A stretch of DNA of 64,000 nucleotides, taken from contig CM102286.1 of NCBI GenBank assembly GCA_046563655.1, positions 8,122,001-8,186,000 on the forward strand, written 5' to 3'. The first letter of the stretch is position 1. Every line of letters begins with the position of its first letter. A program made the translations under genes and the position numbers. Origin of the DNA: Yuukianura sp. NJ FZ-2021 (Eukaryota). Below the pieces are notes generated by a model. The model was not told the DNA's origin, did not search any database, and saw nothing but the letters and a program-made list of their open reading frames with translations. This document shows positions 63,001 through 64,000 of the stretch, piece by piece.

Positions 63001-64000
63001 CCAAGTTACAGTGATAAATACATTGATATCAAACAAATATTACACCGCTACAAAGTATAAACTTTTCAGCCTTCCCATGAGCTTCCACAGATATTTAATG
63101 AAATGAAATTTTTAGCTGAAAGTTTTAACCGACAACGTAACCACTTACACGTCAAGCGTTGCTTACGGTGAAGTTACAGTATCGTCAATGCCTAGCTAAG
63201 CAATGTGGATTTGCATATTAAGGTTAGGGCCAAGTTACAGTGATAAATACATTGATATCAAACAAATATTACACCGCTACAAAGTATAAACTTTTCAGCC
63301 TTCCCATGAGCTTCCACAGATATTTAATGAAATGAAATTTTTTAGCTGAAAGTTTTAACCGACAACGTAACCACTTACACGTCAAGCGTTGCTTACGGTG
63401 AAGTTACAGTATCGTCAATGCCTAGCTAAGCAATGTGGATTTGCATATTAAGGTTAGGGCCAAGTTACAGTGATAAATACATTGATATCAAACAAATATT
63501 ACACCGCTACAAAGCGAAAACTTTTCAGCCTTCCCATGAGCTTCCACAGATGTTTAATGAAATCAAATTTTTTGGCTGAAAGTTTTAACCGAAACCGTGA
63601 CCACTTACATGTCAAGCGTTGCGTACAGTCAAGTTACAATATCGTCAATGCCTAGCTAAGCAATGTGGATTTGCATATTAAGGTTAGGGCCAAGTTACAA
63701 TGATAAATACATTGATACCAAACAAATCTTACACCGGTACAAAATATAAATTTTTCAGCCTTCCCATGAGCTTCCACAGTTGTTTAATGAAATGAAATTT
63801 TTTAGCTGAAAGTTTTAACCGACACCGTGACCACTTACACGTCAAGCGTTGCGTACAGTGAAGTTACAGTATCGTCAATGCCTAGCTGGGCAATGTGGAT
63901 TTGCATATTAAGGTTAGAGCCAAGTTACAATGATAAATATTACACCGGTACAAAATTTAAATTTTGCAGCCTTCCCATGAGCTTCCACAGATGTTTAATG
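24067..64000. repeat. 230-bp satellite DNA array (~174 monomers, runs off the window) with higher-order repeats
   Basis: Head-to-tail 230-bp unit (e.g. CAGCCTTCCCATGAGCTTCCACAG every 230 bp); highly homogeneous with a few recurring monomer types and no inserted elements seen. Confidence 0.99.

Noticed and set aside
24067..64000. CRISPR-like array, or tandem 61-77 aa genes (MINTLISNKYY...)
   Set aside because: No unique spacers; the whole unit repeats. ORFs are chance frames, mostly GTG-started and broken by stops in many monomers.

Overview
Repeat-rich animal (probably arthropod) heterochromatin-like window with no recognisable host gene. (1) 1219-11396: a Polinton/Maverick-related element with ~1.17 kb terminal inverted repeats and an 8-bp target-site duplication (TSD). 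It carries only a virion module: penton-like minor capsid, a small basic ORF and a double-jelly-roll major capsid, each with its own TATA+Inr promoter. A decayed Sola1 transposon sits in the major capsid gene and a Harbinger-type MITE sits in the penton TATA box; without them it is about 6.25 kb. (2) 13073-22827: a full-length but frameshifted Ty1/copia LTR retrotransposon whose RNase H reads in frame into an envelope-like protein with class I fusion architecture (signal peptide, basic cleavage site, fusion peptide, heptad region, Cys-rich glycosylated ectodomain, TM anchor), interrupted by a hAT MITE. (3) Several MITEs and a LINE 3' remnant. (4) 24067-64000: a ~40 kb array of a 230-bp satellite with higher-order structure. 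The capsid-only element and the env-bearing copia are the best novelty candidates. All protein family calls are by-eye motif recognition, not database searches.
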